Part shown: piece after piece, positions 1 through 38,800 of the stretch | Layout: every line of letters begins with the position of its first letter | Position numbering within the stretch: the stretch's first letter is position 1 | Assembly (NCBI RefSeq): GCF_009914755.1 | Contig: NC_060946.1 | DNA: 64,000 nt | Source: the human T2T-CHM13v2.0 reference genome, Homo sapiens | Direction: 5' to 3' (one strand) | Notes under the pieces: model-generated | What the model was told of the DNA's origin: nothing | The model's database searches: none | The model's input: only the letters and a program-made list of their open reading frames with translations | Program-made: the position numbers and the translations under genes

Positions 1-109
1 CCCCCAGCCTCCAGTGCAGTATCTCACTGAATGGTGAAAGCACAGCTGTCTCTTTCCCAGCTGTATCTTGCCCCCCAGCACACTTCCTGGCTGAGATAAA
101 CATTCAGCA

Positions 110-1930
<1,821 letters not shown>

Positions 1931-2709
1931 AGAAAATCCCAACTACAAAGGATGAGGCATCAGGGATGCCTTGGGGAATTCTCCCTCCATCTCTAAGGGT
2001 GTTTCACTGTCCTTTTGTGTACCAAGTGTGCATGACTCATGGGTACCCAGCCTAGAAGTAGGCTTCATTATCTGCAGGTCCAGGTAAGGAAGTCACTTAG
2101 GATGAGAAAGGAAGGGGAGAGCTGGGATAGGGACCAGGCACCTGGGCCATTTATGCTGCCTCTCTACTACTCATATGTCCCCAAGTCCTTGCACCTGCAG
2201 GTCCATGTGGCATCTTCTTTTAGCCTCATTGCAGAACATGCTGGTGGGAGGTAAGAGAGGTGGCTCAGCCCAGATTCCTGGCCCTGGCCACTCTGTTGGA
2301 GAAGGTTTTCCTGGGGCAAGTCAGAGGCTCCTGTCCTGCTGGAGGCAGAGCCTTACTCTACTGGGGCCCCAGCTCAGGGGACTGTCTTCCCCAAACACAG
2401 CAGACGTGCTCAGGGGCAGCCCAACAAGGAGGGATGGGAACCGCTCTCCAGCTCAGGGAAATGTTGGGGCTATGGGTGGGGTGAGGGTAAAGTGGGGTCC
2501 TGGACTCAGAACAGGAGGCTTGGGTTCCTCTGCTACCTGCCAGCCATGTGACCCAGGTAACTCCTCTCTGTGCCTCGCTTTCCTCATCTGCAAAGTGGAG
2601 ACATCACTGCCTGATTCAAATAAATTGCAATGCTGTGATTGGCAGCTCTGGTCCAGGGAGGGGGTGGAGGCTGTTGTTGGTCACTCTGTGTTCTCTCCTC
2701 TCTCCTCAG

Positions 2710-25460
<22,751 letters not shown>

Positions 25461-26893
25461 TCCCAAAGGGGTGGCCAGAGCCAAAGCCAGCTACTGTCCT
25501 GTCCTCTGCTTCCTGCCAGGGCCCTGGTCCTCACTCCCTCCTGCATTCCTCATTTAAGGAGTGTTTATTGAGCACCCTTTGTGTGCAGACATGGCTCCAG
25601 GTGCTTAGCAATCAATGGTGAGCGTGGTATTCCAGGCTAAAGGTAATTAACTGACAGAAAATCAGTAACAACATAATTACAGGCTGGTTGTGGCAGCTCA
25701 TGACTGTAATCCCAGCACTTTGGGAGGCCAAGGTGGGAGGATCAATTGAGGCCAGAGTTTGAAACCAGCCTAGGTAACATAGTGAGACCCCCTATCTCTA
25801 CAAAAAATTTTAAACATTAGCTGGGCATGGTGGTATGTGCTAACAGCTCTAGCTACTCAGGAGGCTGAGGCAGCAGGATCACTTGAGTCCAAGAGTTCAA
25901 GGTAGCAGTAAGCTACAATCACACCACTGCATGCCAGACTGGGTGACAGAGGGAGACTTCATCTCTTTAAAACATAATAATAATAATTACAGACTCAGGA
26001 AATGCAGTGAAAGAAAAATACAGGTTGGCCAGGTGAGGTGGCTGATGCCTGTAATCCCAGCACTTTGGGAGGCCAAGATGGGAAGATTGCTTTGAGACCA
26101 GAAGTTTGAGACCAGCCTGGGCCACATAGTAAGATCCTGTTTCTACCAAAAAAAAAAAAAAAAAAAAATTAGCTGGGTGTGGTGGTACATGCCTGTGGTC
26201 CCAGCTACTCAGGAGGCTGAAATGGGAGGATCACTTGAGCCTGGGAGGTCGAGGCTGCAGTGAGTCCTAATTGAGCCACTGCACTCCAGCCTGGACAACA
26301 GAAAGAGACCATGTTTCAAAAAAAATAAATACAGGTTGTAGTGGGTATGGGTATGCATACCAGGAGGCCCGACCTCGTCTGAGAGGGGAGTGGTCAGAAA
26401 AGAATTTTCTGAGGAATTGATGTTTTTAATCAACTTTATTGAGGTATAATTTATACATAACCAACTGCATCCATTTTAAGTATATATTTGGCGAGTTTTG
26501 AGTTCTAAGTATAGTTTTGGTGAGTGTATACACTTGGGAAACACCACCGCGATCAAGATGGAACCTTTACCCTACCCCAAGGCACCCACATGCCCATTTG
26601 CTATCAGTAACCCACCCCAGTCCCAGACCTGGGGAACCACTGACCTGCTTTCTGCCTCAATTGGTCAGATTTGCCTTTTTTCAGAATCTGAAGTCATTCC
26701 GTACTGTATGTACACATTTGTGTCTGGCTTGGCTCCAGATAAAGTTTTTGGGATTCATGAATGTTGTTGCACGTATTAGGAGAGACTCCTTTGTATTGCT
26801 GAGTAGTATTCCCCTCTGTGGTTAGACCATGATTTATTTATCCATCTACCTGTTGGTGAACATTTTGGCTGTTTCTAATTCTTGGCCATCATG

Positions 26894-26899
26894 AATAAA
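26894..26899 (+). terminator. candidate distal poly(A) signal of SLC2A11 (AATAAA, inside an antisense L1 relic)
   Basis: AATAAA followed by T/GT-rich sequence (about 26940-26960). An earlier AATAAA at 26324 lies in an Alu tail. Confidence 0.55.
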
Positions 26900-26956
26900 A
26901 CTGCTGTGAATGTTCCTACAATAATAATTGTCTAAACATATGTTTTTATTTCTTTT

Positions 26957-27330
26957 GTGTCTTAGTCCGTCGGGCTGCTATAACTAAGAACCACAGCCTG
27001 GGTGGCTTATAAACAACAGAAATTTATTTTTCATGGTTCTGGAGGCTGGGAAGTCCAAGATCAAGGTGCCAGTGGATTCAGTGTCTGTTGAGGGCCCATG
27101 TCTTGATTCATAGATGGCGGTCTTCTTGCTGTGTTCTCCTAGACATGGCAGAAGGGGCAAGGGAGCTCTCTGGGGTCTCTTTTATAAGGGCACCAATCCC
27201 ATTCATGCAGGCTCTGCCCTCATGACCTAATCACCTCCGAGGAGGCCCAAAGGCCCTACCTCCAAGTACCATCATATGAGGGATTAGGTTTCAAGGTATG
27301 AACCTGGGGAGGACATAAACAGTCAGTCTA
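26957..27330 (-). mobile_element. MaLR LTR (MLT1A/MST-like) inserted in antisense L1
   Basis: TGTCTTAGTCCG...GGTTCTGGAGGCTGGGAAGTCCAAGATCAAGG signature. Confidence 0.7.
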
Positions 27331-27626
27331 GCTTTTTGGGTAAATGAATTGCTGGGCTTAACAATAAATGTATATTTAACTGTATAAAAATTGTTTTCCA
27401 AAGTGGTTGATTATATTGTTTCACATTCTCATTAATAATGTATGAGTTCTGGATACTCCAGATCCTCATCAGCACTTGGTATTGTCAGTCTCTTCAATTT
27501 AGCCATTCTAGTGAGTGTGTAGTGGTATCTTGTCATTTAATTGTGGTATTTCCCTAATGACTAATAATGTTTGACATCTTTTCATGTGCTCAGTATGGCC
27601 ATTTGTGGGTTTTCTTTTATGAATAA

Positions 27627-27884
<258 letters not shown>

Positions 27885-28684
27885 TGATCCACCCACCTTG
27901 GCTTCCCAAAGTGCTGGGATTACAGGCATGAGCCACCGCACCCAGCCCTTATCTGCTATTTTTATCAGGTTGGTTGTCATTATTTTTTAAATGTGGGCAT
28001 TTTTTATACATTCTGGAAGCTAGTACTTTGTTAAATATATAGTATTGTAAATATTTTCCTGCAGTCCGTAGCTTGCCTTTTTTATTTTCTTAATGCTACC
28101 TAAGAGCAGAATTTTTTTTTTTTTTTTTTTTTTGGAGATGGAATCTCGCTGTCACCCAGGCTGGAGTGCAGTGGCGCGATCTCGGCTCACTGCAGCCCTG
28201 CCTCCTGGGTTTAAGCAATTCTCCTGCCTCAACCTCCTGAGTAGCTGGGACTACAGGCACGTGCTGCCATGCTCTGCTCATTTTTTTGTATTTTTAGTAG
28301 AGACGGGGTTTCACCATGTTGGCCAGGATGGTCTTGATCTCCTGACCTCGTGACCTGCTCGCCTCGGCCTCCCAAAGTGCTGGGATTACAGGCGTGAGCC
28401 ACCTGGCCCGGCCGAACAGAAATTTTTATTTTGGTAAAGTTTGATTTATCAGTTTTTGGTTTTTGTGATTCATGCTTTTTGTGCCATAAGATATCTTTGC
28501 CTATCCCAATGTTGCAAAGATTTTCTTCCAAATGTTGGATAGTTTTAGCTTTTACACTTATGTTGCTGATGATGAATTTCAAGTTAATTTTTGGGTATGG
28601 TGTGAGGGGCTGAGGTTCCTTTTTTTTGGGTGGGTGGGGGGAACAGGGTCTCACTGTGTGTTGCCTAGACTGGAGTGCAAGTGA

Positions 28685-29098
<414 letters not shown>

Positions 29099-29423
29099 TG
29101 AGTCACCATGACTGGCCCTTTTTTCTTTTCTTTCTTTTTTTTTGAAATGGCTATCTGGTCGTACCAGTACCATTTGCTTTAAAAAAAGCCATTTTTTCTT
29201 CATTATTTTACTTTGGTGCCTAAATAAAGAAAATCAATGGACTATTGTTGTATAAGAAAGAATTTGGCTTTTGTCAGGAAACAGTGACTGTTAAAGAGAA
29301 GTGGTGGGGCTGTGGGTTCTCTGGGGAGAGAGAAATCTCTGGGTCAGGGTGTCAGTAGAGGTCTCAGGGAGAAGGTGACTCTGAGCTGGCTTCCTAAGGA
29401 TAGGCTCAGCTGGGGGCCTTTTA

Positions 29424-29573
<150 letters not shown>

Positions 29574-31738
29574 CTACCAAAAAAAGAAAAAAAAAAAAAA
29601 AAAAGCTGGAGCCACTGGGAGGCAGCAGCGTTGCAGGATGGGAATGAAGCTACCGTGTCCAGTCACTGTGGAGTCTTCAGGAGGCAGGGGCAGCCCTCCC
29701 AGGAGCCCTGTGTGTGGTCACTCTGCCCCTCTGTGTCCATCCACCCTGATCCTGCCTCTGTTGACCTGCTCCCCAGCTTACCTTTGTGCTCCAAATGGCT
29801 TCCCTGGCCGCCCTGGCTGCAGACCTCCAACGTGGAGTCATGAGTAAGAATCCATTGACAAGCACCCCTGAGATCCTGGGGTACGTGCCACGAGCAGAGC
29901 AGGCATCAGGTGACACCCAGGTCCCGGCCTGCCTCGGACACACATGGTGCCCCGGTCCCCAGCCTGAGCCCTGCCCTCTCACTCACCACCCACCCAGCCG
30001 GAATTGGCTCTGGCCACTCTGGGAGGGCGGGGTGGGGGTTGCAAGTCCCTTGTTACGCAGGGAGCCCCTCAGTTAGGGAGAGGAGACAGGGTCTCAGGAC
30101 AGGACCTTGAAGACAAGGAAGGGCAGTGCAGAGAGGGGTGAGAGAGCCAGACTGGGTTTCTAGGGGGTGGTCCAGGGTGGGAGCTGACCTGCCTCTGCTG
30201 AGACTGCGTTCCAGGTGTGAGCATTGATGTCTAGCCCATGTAGCTGGAGAGGAGTCACAGCCATGCTCCCCAGCTCCAGCCCACCTCCCCAGACCCCAGA
30301 CCCAGTGTGGCCTCTCCCCACCTCCCAGAGCATGTGGTCAAGCCCCTCTCCTAGCCCGAATCCCTCCCTCATTTGCTAATTACCAGGACCTACATGTCCC
30401 AGCTTCCCAGGGCCAGGGGACAGGGCCCCGCCCATCTGGCAGGCTCAAGTTGGCTGCCTGGCTGCCGGGATCCAGGCGGCGCTCACAAGGATCTGGGCTT
30501 GCACAGCCTCCAAAGGGCTGTTGTCCATTCTCTTGTATTTGTTCTCATCCTCTCCTTTCTTGGACCCTCTGAGTCTCTGGTTCCCTCTTGTTGGGACCCA
30601 GATCACTCTGTGCCTCAGCTGAATCATTTTTCCCTTCAGTTTACACATATCCACCTAGGGTCCACTACATCCAGAGGCTTCCGCCTCAGTCCTTGTCCTC
30701 AGGCTGTGCCCAGGGTTGTGAGGATGGCGGTGGTCCTTACCTTGCAAAACAGTCTCCCAGTGACAACAATGTTCAGGGATAACATCTATGGAGGGCTTTC
30801 TATGTATCAGGACCATTCTGAGTATCTTCCAAGTGTTAGCTCCTTTAATCCTGGAAAGGACCCCATGAAATTAGTACTTTTATTACCCCTGTTGTACATA
30901 TGAGAGACTGAGTAAAAGCCGGTGGCTTATCCAGGGTCACACAGCTAACTGGAATGGCCAGGAGTAGACCTGGTGACCATGGACCCCAGACCTTGATCAC
31001 TGCACACGCTGCGTCTGGGACCTCGCCTGGTACCTGAGGTCCGTGGCGCGCTGGTGCTGATCATTCAGAGTGCTCATGGGAAGTGTAGTCTAGAGTCTGT
31101 GTGCTTCCTGATCTCCTTGATCTCCATTTTATTGAGGAGGCCTTTAAGCCACCCGAGGGGTCCAGAGTAACCCTGTGGATTAGCAGTGGAGCTCAGCTTG
31201 AGCCAGCGCTCTTCAGGGGTCGTGTTCTGCCCCCATTCTCTGGTTCATTCTGCAGGTAGCAGGGAATCATTGAAGATTAGAGAGAATCAAACACCTAGAG
31301 AGAGATGACTCTGCCCGGGGAGCCCAGGCTCCTGTCTGGGTGCACACTCCAGGGCTAGATGGTGACTTCTCAGCTACTCTAGCTTCATAGGCTCATAGTG
31401 CATGTGAGCACTCATGTGGACACACGTGCACGCGCACACACATGGACACACACACACACTGCTGTCTTTGGAATCAGACCATGAAAATGCTTCCTCAGAG
31501 GCCTAGGGGTGAGGAAGCTGAGGTGAGTTGTGCCTCCAGCTGGATGTGCTGGGATGGGGTGGGAGATGAGGTGGCCACACCTGGGTGGCAGGAACTCTGG
31601 GGCAGTGAACCTTCTAACGAACAGATCTGGGATGCTGCCATGAGGAGGAAGAGGGAGTCAGCAGCCATGCCTGCCAATGCCTCCTAGCGCATTTGTCCAT
31701 GGTTAGCGGATAATTATTGTGTCCCTATGGGTCCCAAG

Positions 31739-32212
31739 GTGTATTATTTTTTTTTTGCTCTTATAATAAATCAACACAAATTTTTAGCAGCTTCAAACAA
31801 CACGCATTTATTATCTCACAGTTTCTGTGGGTCAGTAGTCCGGCGTGACATGACTAGGTCTTCTGTGTAAGGACTCGCATGGCCAAAGTCAAGGTATCTG
31901 AAGGGACAAGGGAAAAATCCACTTCCAAGTTCAATCTGGTTGTGAGCAGAATTCAGTTCCTTGTGGTTGTACCATGAGGTCTCTGGTCCCCTTCATCTTC
32001 AAAGCTGGTAATGGACATCGAGTGTTTCTCTTGCTTGGAATCTGGCACTCTAGCTGGAGAAAATTATCTGCTTTTAAGAGTTCATGTGATTAGATTGGGT
32101 GTACCCAGATGCTCCATGCTAATCTCCCTATTAGGTCCATAATCCTAATTGCATCTGTGAAGTGCTTTTTGCCAGGTAACATGGCATACTTGTAGGTTCC
32201 AGGGATTAGTGC
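31739..32212 (-). mobile_element. MaLR LTR (MLT1-like)
   Basis: TTATCTCACAGTTTCTGTGGGTCAG...CAGAATTCAGTTCCTTGTGGTTGT...GTTCCAGGGATTAG. Confidence 0.65.
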
Positions 32213-32899
32213 TTGTCCTCCCCCTGCTATTCTTTAGTGGGCAGGGGGTCATCTGCCTACCACGGAGGTAAGGGGTCAGGAGGTATGCATACAGCAATGC
32301 CCAAAAAGAGACTGTCCCCACTGGGATGGAGTTTACCGCCTAGACATGCAGTCTTAACTCAGAAATATGGAGATAGCCTCGAAGGACAGGACAGGTACTG
32401 GGCACATGTGGGAATGGACCAAGCCAGGTGCTCCGGGGGCTTTCCCAAGGAACTAAGGCTGAGCCAAGAACTGAAGGATGAGTTGGAGTCAGATGAGGGA
32501 AAATGTGGGCAAACTGGATTTCAGAACCAACCCCCAACCCTGGAGCCAGGAGCCATGGTACTGAAGGACAGTGCGCCATGACTCAGAGAACCAGGGAGGG
32601 TTGGCGGAGGCTCACAGGGACCGGGTTACCCCAGGGCCTTGTGACAGTACTACCCCTAGTATCAGAGGAGACTGTCATTGGCATTTAGGCCACTTGGTGC
32701 TCATAACACCTCTATGTCAGGTGAACACTATTGTCATCCCCAAATTACAGATGGGGAAAGTGAGCCAAATGTCCATGCTAGTAAGAGGCAAATCATATCA
32801 CTTCTTTGGGTACCCTTCTAGAAGGATGAGGCTGACTGCCACTGGAAACAGCTGGGGAGGGTACAAGGAGATGACAAGTGGCTCAGAGGCTGTCCTGGC

Positions 32900-33315
32900 T
32901 ATAAGAATTAAAGAGGAAAGAAACACCAAGGGTGGCTCGACAGTCAACAAGGACAGGTTTATTTTGGAAAACAAACTTGAGAGGGGCTTCTGGCCAAGTT
33001 AGGTCAGAGCCACACTCTCTTACAAACTAAGGATATTTAAGGGTTTTGGAGGGGGTTCTTATCATAGGTTCCGAATGTTTCTGTGTGAGGGAAAGTTTAT
33101 TGCGGGGATGGAATGTCTCTGGTCAGAAGGGAGGCTGTCTCGGGGTTGGCATGTTTCTGGTCAGAGAAGGGTTTATCTTAGGGTTGGAATGTTTCTGGTT
33201 ATGCTGACATTAGCTATTAGGCTGATATTTTCGGGCTGGATTTAGGCGGCTTTTAATTAAGGGGGAACTTAGAATGGTGGTGTTTGTTCAAGATGGCAAT
33301 GCTCCTGCTCCGTCA
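32900..33315 (-). mobile_element. solo ERV1 LTR (MER61-like), about 1.7 kb upstream of the MIF TSS
   Basis: Minus strand begins TGACGGAGCAGGAGCA; perfect TSD CTGGC at 32895-32899 and 33316-33320; same family as 52720-53127. Confidence 0.78.
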
Positions 33316-34158
33316 CTGGCCAGGTAAGGCAACCCTTTGTTATGGTAACAACCTGAGATTGGCAGGGGCTCACCTCCAGGGGCAGCTCATGTGCTTGCTG
33401 GCGAGGCTGCACCTTGTCATTCAGGTTCACAGGGCACAGGTCAACCAGGCCCTGGCTCTTCAGTCTTCTGCCTGGAGTGACTTATGTAATTCTGCTCAGC
33501 TTTCATAGGGCACAGGGAGTCGGGGCTAACTCTGCTGCCTGGGGCTGGAAACAGACTCCTCCCTTGAGGAGCAGCAGTCCACCATAGGGAAGTCACAGTG
33601 GTCCAGGCCAAAGGGGATGCAGGTAGTGTAGACTAGGCGGTAGTTCAGGGAATGGAGAGAAGTGGGAATAAAGGGATAGTGAAAGGAAGCATATTTTACT
33701 GGCAGGTGATGAGGTGTAGGAGGACAAGTCATACATTTGGACTTTACAGAGCAGTGGACACTCAGTCAGCTGCTGTCAGCGCCTGGGACTTAGGGGAGTG
33801 CCCCTGGCTGGAGACATGGTATGGAGTGCCATCAGTTAGGGAGCCCTGGGCACAGGTAAGAGAAGGTGTGACACCAGGAGGGAAAGAGTCTGGGGCCCAG
33901 CTGCAGGAACCAATACCCATAGGCTATTTGTATAAATGGGCCATGGGGCCTCCCAGCTGGAGGCTGGCTGGTGCCACGAGGGTCCCACAGGCATGGGTGT
34001 CCTTCCTATATCACATGGCCTTCACTGAGACTGGTATATGGATTGCACCTATCAGAGACCAAGGACAGGACCTCCCTGGAAATCTCTGAGGACCTGGCCT
34101 GTGATCCAGTTGCTGCCTTGTCCTCTTCCTGCTATGTCATGGCTTATCTTCTTTCACC

Positions 34159-34182
34159 CATTCATTCATTCATTCATTCATT
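34159..34182 (+). repeat. MIF: MIF -794 (CATT)n promoter microsatellite, 6 copies
   Basis: Six perfect CATT units counted, about 800 bp upstream of the TSS. Confidence 0.92.
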
Positions 34183-34827
34183 CAGCAGTATTAGTCAATG
34201 TCTCTTGTATGCCTGGCACCTGCTAGATGGTCCCCGAGTTTACCATTAGTGGAAAAGACATTTAAGAAATTCACCAAGGGCTCTATGAGAGGCCATACAC
34301 GGTGGACCTGACTAGGGTGTGGCTTCCCTGAGGAGCTGAAGTTGCCCAGAGGCCCAGAGAAGGGGAGCTGAGCACGTTTGAACCACTGAACCTGCTCTGG
34401 ACCTCGCCTCCTTCCCTTCGGTGCCTCCCAGCATCCTATCCTCTTTAAAGAGCAGGGGTTCAGGGAAGTTCCCTGGATGGTGATTCGCAGGGGCAGCTCC
34501 CCTCTCACCTGCCGCGATGACTACCCCGCCCCATCTCAAACACACAAGCTCACGCATGCGGGACTGGAGCCCTTGAGGACATGTGGCCCAAAGACAGGAG
34601 GTACAGGGGCTCAGTGCGTGCAGTGGAATGAACTGGGCTTCATCTCTGGAAGGGTAAGGGGCCATCTTCCGGGTTCACCGCCGCATCCCCACCCCCGGCA
34701 CAGCGCCTCCTGGCGACTAACATCGGTGACTTAGTGAAAGGACTAAGAAAGACCCGAGGCGAGGCCGGAACAGGCCGATTTCTAGCCGCCAAGTGGAGAA
34801 CAGGTTGGAGCGGTGCGCCGGGCTTAG

Positions 34828-35705
<878 letters not shown>

Positions 35706-35802
35706 GAGCCGCAGGGACCCACGCTGTCTGCGCTGGCTCCACCCGGGAACCCGCCGCACGCTGTGTTCTAGGCCCGCCCACCCCAACCTTCTGGTGGGGA
35801 GA

Positions 35803-35808
35803 AATAAA
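35803..35808 (+). terminator. MIF: MIF poly(A) signal AATAAA
   Basis: AATAAA about 100 nt after the stop codon. Confidence 0.9.
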
Positions 35809-38800
35809 CGGTTTAGAGACTAGGAGTGCCTCGGGGTTCCTTGGCTTGCGGGAGGAATTGGTGCAGAGCCGGGACATTGGGGAGCGAGGTCGGGAACGGT
35901 GTTGGGGGCGGGGGTCAGGGCCGGGTTGCTCTCCTCCGAACCTGCTGTTCGGGAGCCCTTTTGTCCAGCCTGTCCCTCCTACGCTCCTAACAGAGGAGCC
36001 CCAGTGTCTTTCCATTCTATGGCGTACGAAGGGATGAGGAGAAGTTGGCACTCTGCCCTGGGCTGCAGACTCGGGATCTAAGGCGCTCTGCCCGCCGGAA
36101 TCCGTTGTACCTAGGGCCACCACGTGGGGTGCTGGAGGTGAGCCGACCACGGAAGAGGGGGAGGAGGAGTTGGAGTTGGGAGGAGTCCGAGGTCTTCTAG
36201 GCCTAGACCTTTCTCTCAGCCCCACCTTCCCCAGCCTTCTTGTTGGGCAGAGGGTAGCCAGAGGACAGAAAGATCCCACCCAGAGCCACTCACTGCCATC
36301 CACTTTGTTAGGTGACTTCAGGAGAGTTTTCAGGCGGGTGGGTGGGGGAGGTGCAGAGTTCTTGGTCATACCGCCCCGTCCACCCCCGAACCCCACGCCT
36401 TGGGTTCTGCTCCCCTCAGACACCCACCAAGCCTCCGCCACAGCAGTTCCCTGAGGAAATTGGGCGTGGGGTTTCCATTGGGACCGTTCGTGTTCTGTGG
36501 TGCCACAGACATGTCTGTAAAACCTTCAGTTATGTTTGGGCGCAGTGGCACAAGCCTGTGATCCCGGCACTTTGGGAGGTGGAGGTGAGTGGAGTGTGAC
36601 TCCTCTGCTTCTCTCAGTCTCCAGCCACATCTCGTCTCCAGTCCCCTGTTCACTCGGTCATCCCGCGCAGTACTGGACAGCGAGCTCTCCTTCCAGAAGA
36701 GCAATGGGGCTGGGTGGGGTGAAGATTAGGAAGAGGAAGGAGAATAGAAGCTCCAGGGAGTCTGGAAGGGTGGCACCCATCTTGGGATGGGGCACCCCTT
36801 CCATGAAGGTCTCTAAAGCAAGGCCCTCCTCAGCTTACTCCCTGCCAGCCGAGGGCCTCAGTCTCATTGTTAACTCAGTGAGAGGGCGGTGGAGCCCCTC
36901 GTCTACCTCCCAGCTGGGGGAGACATGGGGGGCATGGGATGGCTCCAGCTGTAGCGGGAAGGTCCCACTCCTCTCAGCCTGGCTTTCAGGCTTGAGGTTT
37001 CCTTCTTGGATCTGAGTACCTGTGGTGTAACAGGCACCCTCCTCGGCCCTGGCCTTTATCACATCCCCTCAGCTCCTGGGTGCCCCCAGCCCCAGCCTCC
37101 CAAGGCCTGAGGCTGAGCTTTGCCCAGGACCCCCAGTTCCCCCCACAACAAACTCTTTCTGCCTCGGGCCCCACACCCCACCAAGCCCTGGCTGGCCCCC
37201 TGGCTCCCACCCCGCCTCAGCGGTCTTTGCTCTCGGCTGTGTCACAGATAGGGAGAGCAGGGGCGCAGGGCCCCATGAGCATCTAATGCAACTCCCTCAT
37301 TTCACAGATGAGGACACTGACCCCAGGATCCAGGGCATGGTCATACACTCAATGCCATGCCCCCTGCAAGGGCCCTGTGGCCTCACATGAGCAAGTTAGA
37401 CTCTGAGGGCCGAGGAGATGGGCAGGGCAGGCTGGGCACCTGCTGTGTGAGGGCAGGAGGGTTGGTGAGAGCTGTCCTCCAAAAGCAGGTGAGTGTCTGA
37501 GGTTCTGTGGCCCCCTGGGGGCATCCACAAGGTCATGGGTCCTTGGACTCCAGGAACAAAGGGGGTGTCTGTGGGTCAGGGACCTATCCGCTTGCCCTGC
37601 CCAAAGTGTTCCTAAGTCCCCTGGGACTAATAACCGGCCTGCCTGCTGGGGAGGTCAGCTGCTACATCCCACCTTCAAGCCACACCTGCCCCCATTGACC
37701 CCCATCCCATGGCCAGCTCCATTTCCTCCAAAGCACAGGCTCCACTGCCCACCAGGTGGTGGGTCTCTTCCTCAAACCCCTGTTTGACTGCCCCAGGACC
37801 TGCAGGGTCAGCCTTGGAAATGCATTTCCAAGTAACGCCACAAACTCTGAGGTACAGGACAGACAGGTGTGGGGTCCATCTGCCTGTTCTCCATCACTCT
37901 GGTGGTACTATGTCATCTGCTGAGAAAGACCCCCGGCCTACAGGGTGACCCTCACTCTCCTCAGGGCCACTGTTTGCAACAGACAGACAGCCTGGCAGGC
38001 CTTGAACCTCATTTTGTAGGTTCAAGGCCTGTCCCCCATCTGTCCACTATAAGCCTCACACACACCATTCTTCTGGGATACCTTCCCTGAGGCCACCTGG
38101 TCAACACCCACAGGCCCCTTTGCTTCAGCCCAGGTCCTGTTAGCTGAGGTTTCCATTTCTGGACATAGCTCCACCCAGTTCTGTGATCCGTTGGGCTGGT
38201 GGCACCAGGGGCCCCTCGGTACTTGTCCATTCTGGACAGCCCAGCAATGTAGGCTTTTCCCAAGACTTCCCACCCTGCATGTGTCCCACCTCATCCCCTC
38301 CAGGAATTTTGCTTTGTTGCAGAGACTCCCTCCCCACCACCCCCCACCGCCAGCCTCCAGACCCCACTCCCTTCTGGGAGCCCGATTCCAGCAAGATCAG
38401 GATCAGGCTCCCACTCTGCTCCTTCTACCGGCCTCAGTTTTTCCCATCTGTGAAATGAAGGGATTCATCAGAAGTCCTTCCCACATACTCAATCACGGAG
38501 GCATGACAGGGACATCTCACATCCTCAGAGGCACGGTTAATCCAAGGAACGCCATGGGAAGGGAGGAGACAGCAGGTGGCCTGTGCCTGCACTCAGGTCT
38601 TGATAAATTGTGAAATCTCTCCCTCACCCCTTCCTCGGAGGGCACTATTGTTCCTGATGTGCCAGCCTTGATGGCAGTGGATAGGGAGGCAGGGACAGAG
38701 ACAATGAGGAAGTGTGGTTAGGTATCTACTTAGAAGTCTCCAGATGGAGCCAGGAAGTGCTAGGAGGCCAGTGAGGCCAGTCTGTGCAGCAGGGCAAACG

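Noticed and set aside
31120-31200. YSGPLGWLKGLL resembling the C-terminal RAMA-type region of ANKRD31
   Set aside because: Too short, recalled from memory, and out of expected domain order; not used to name the relic gene.
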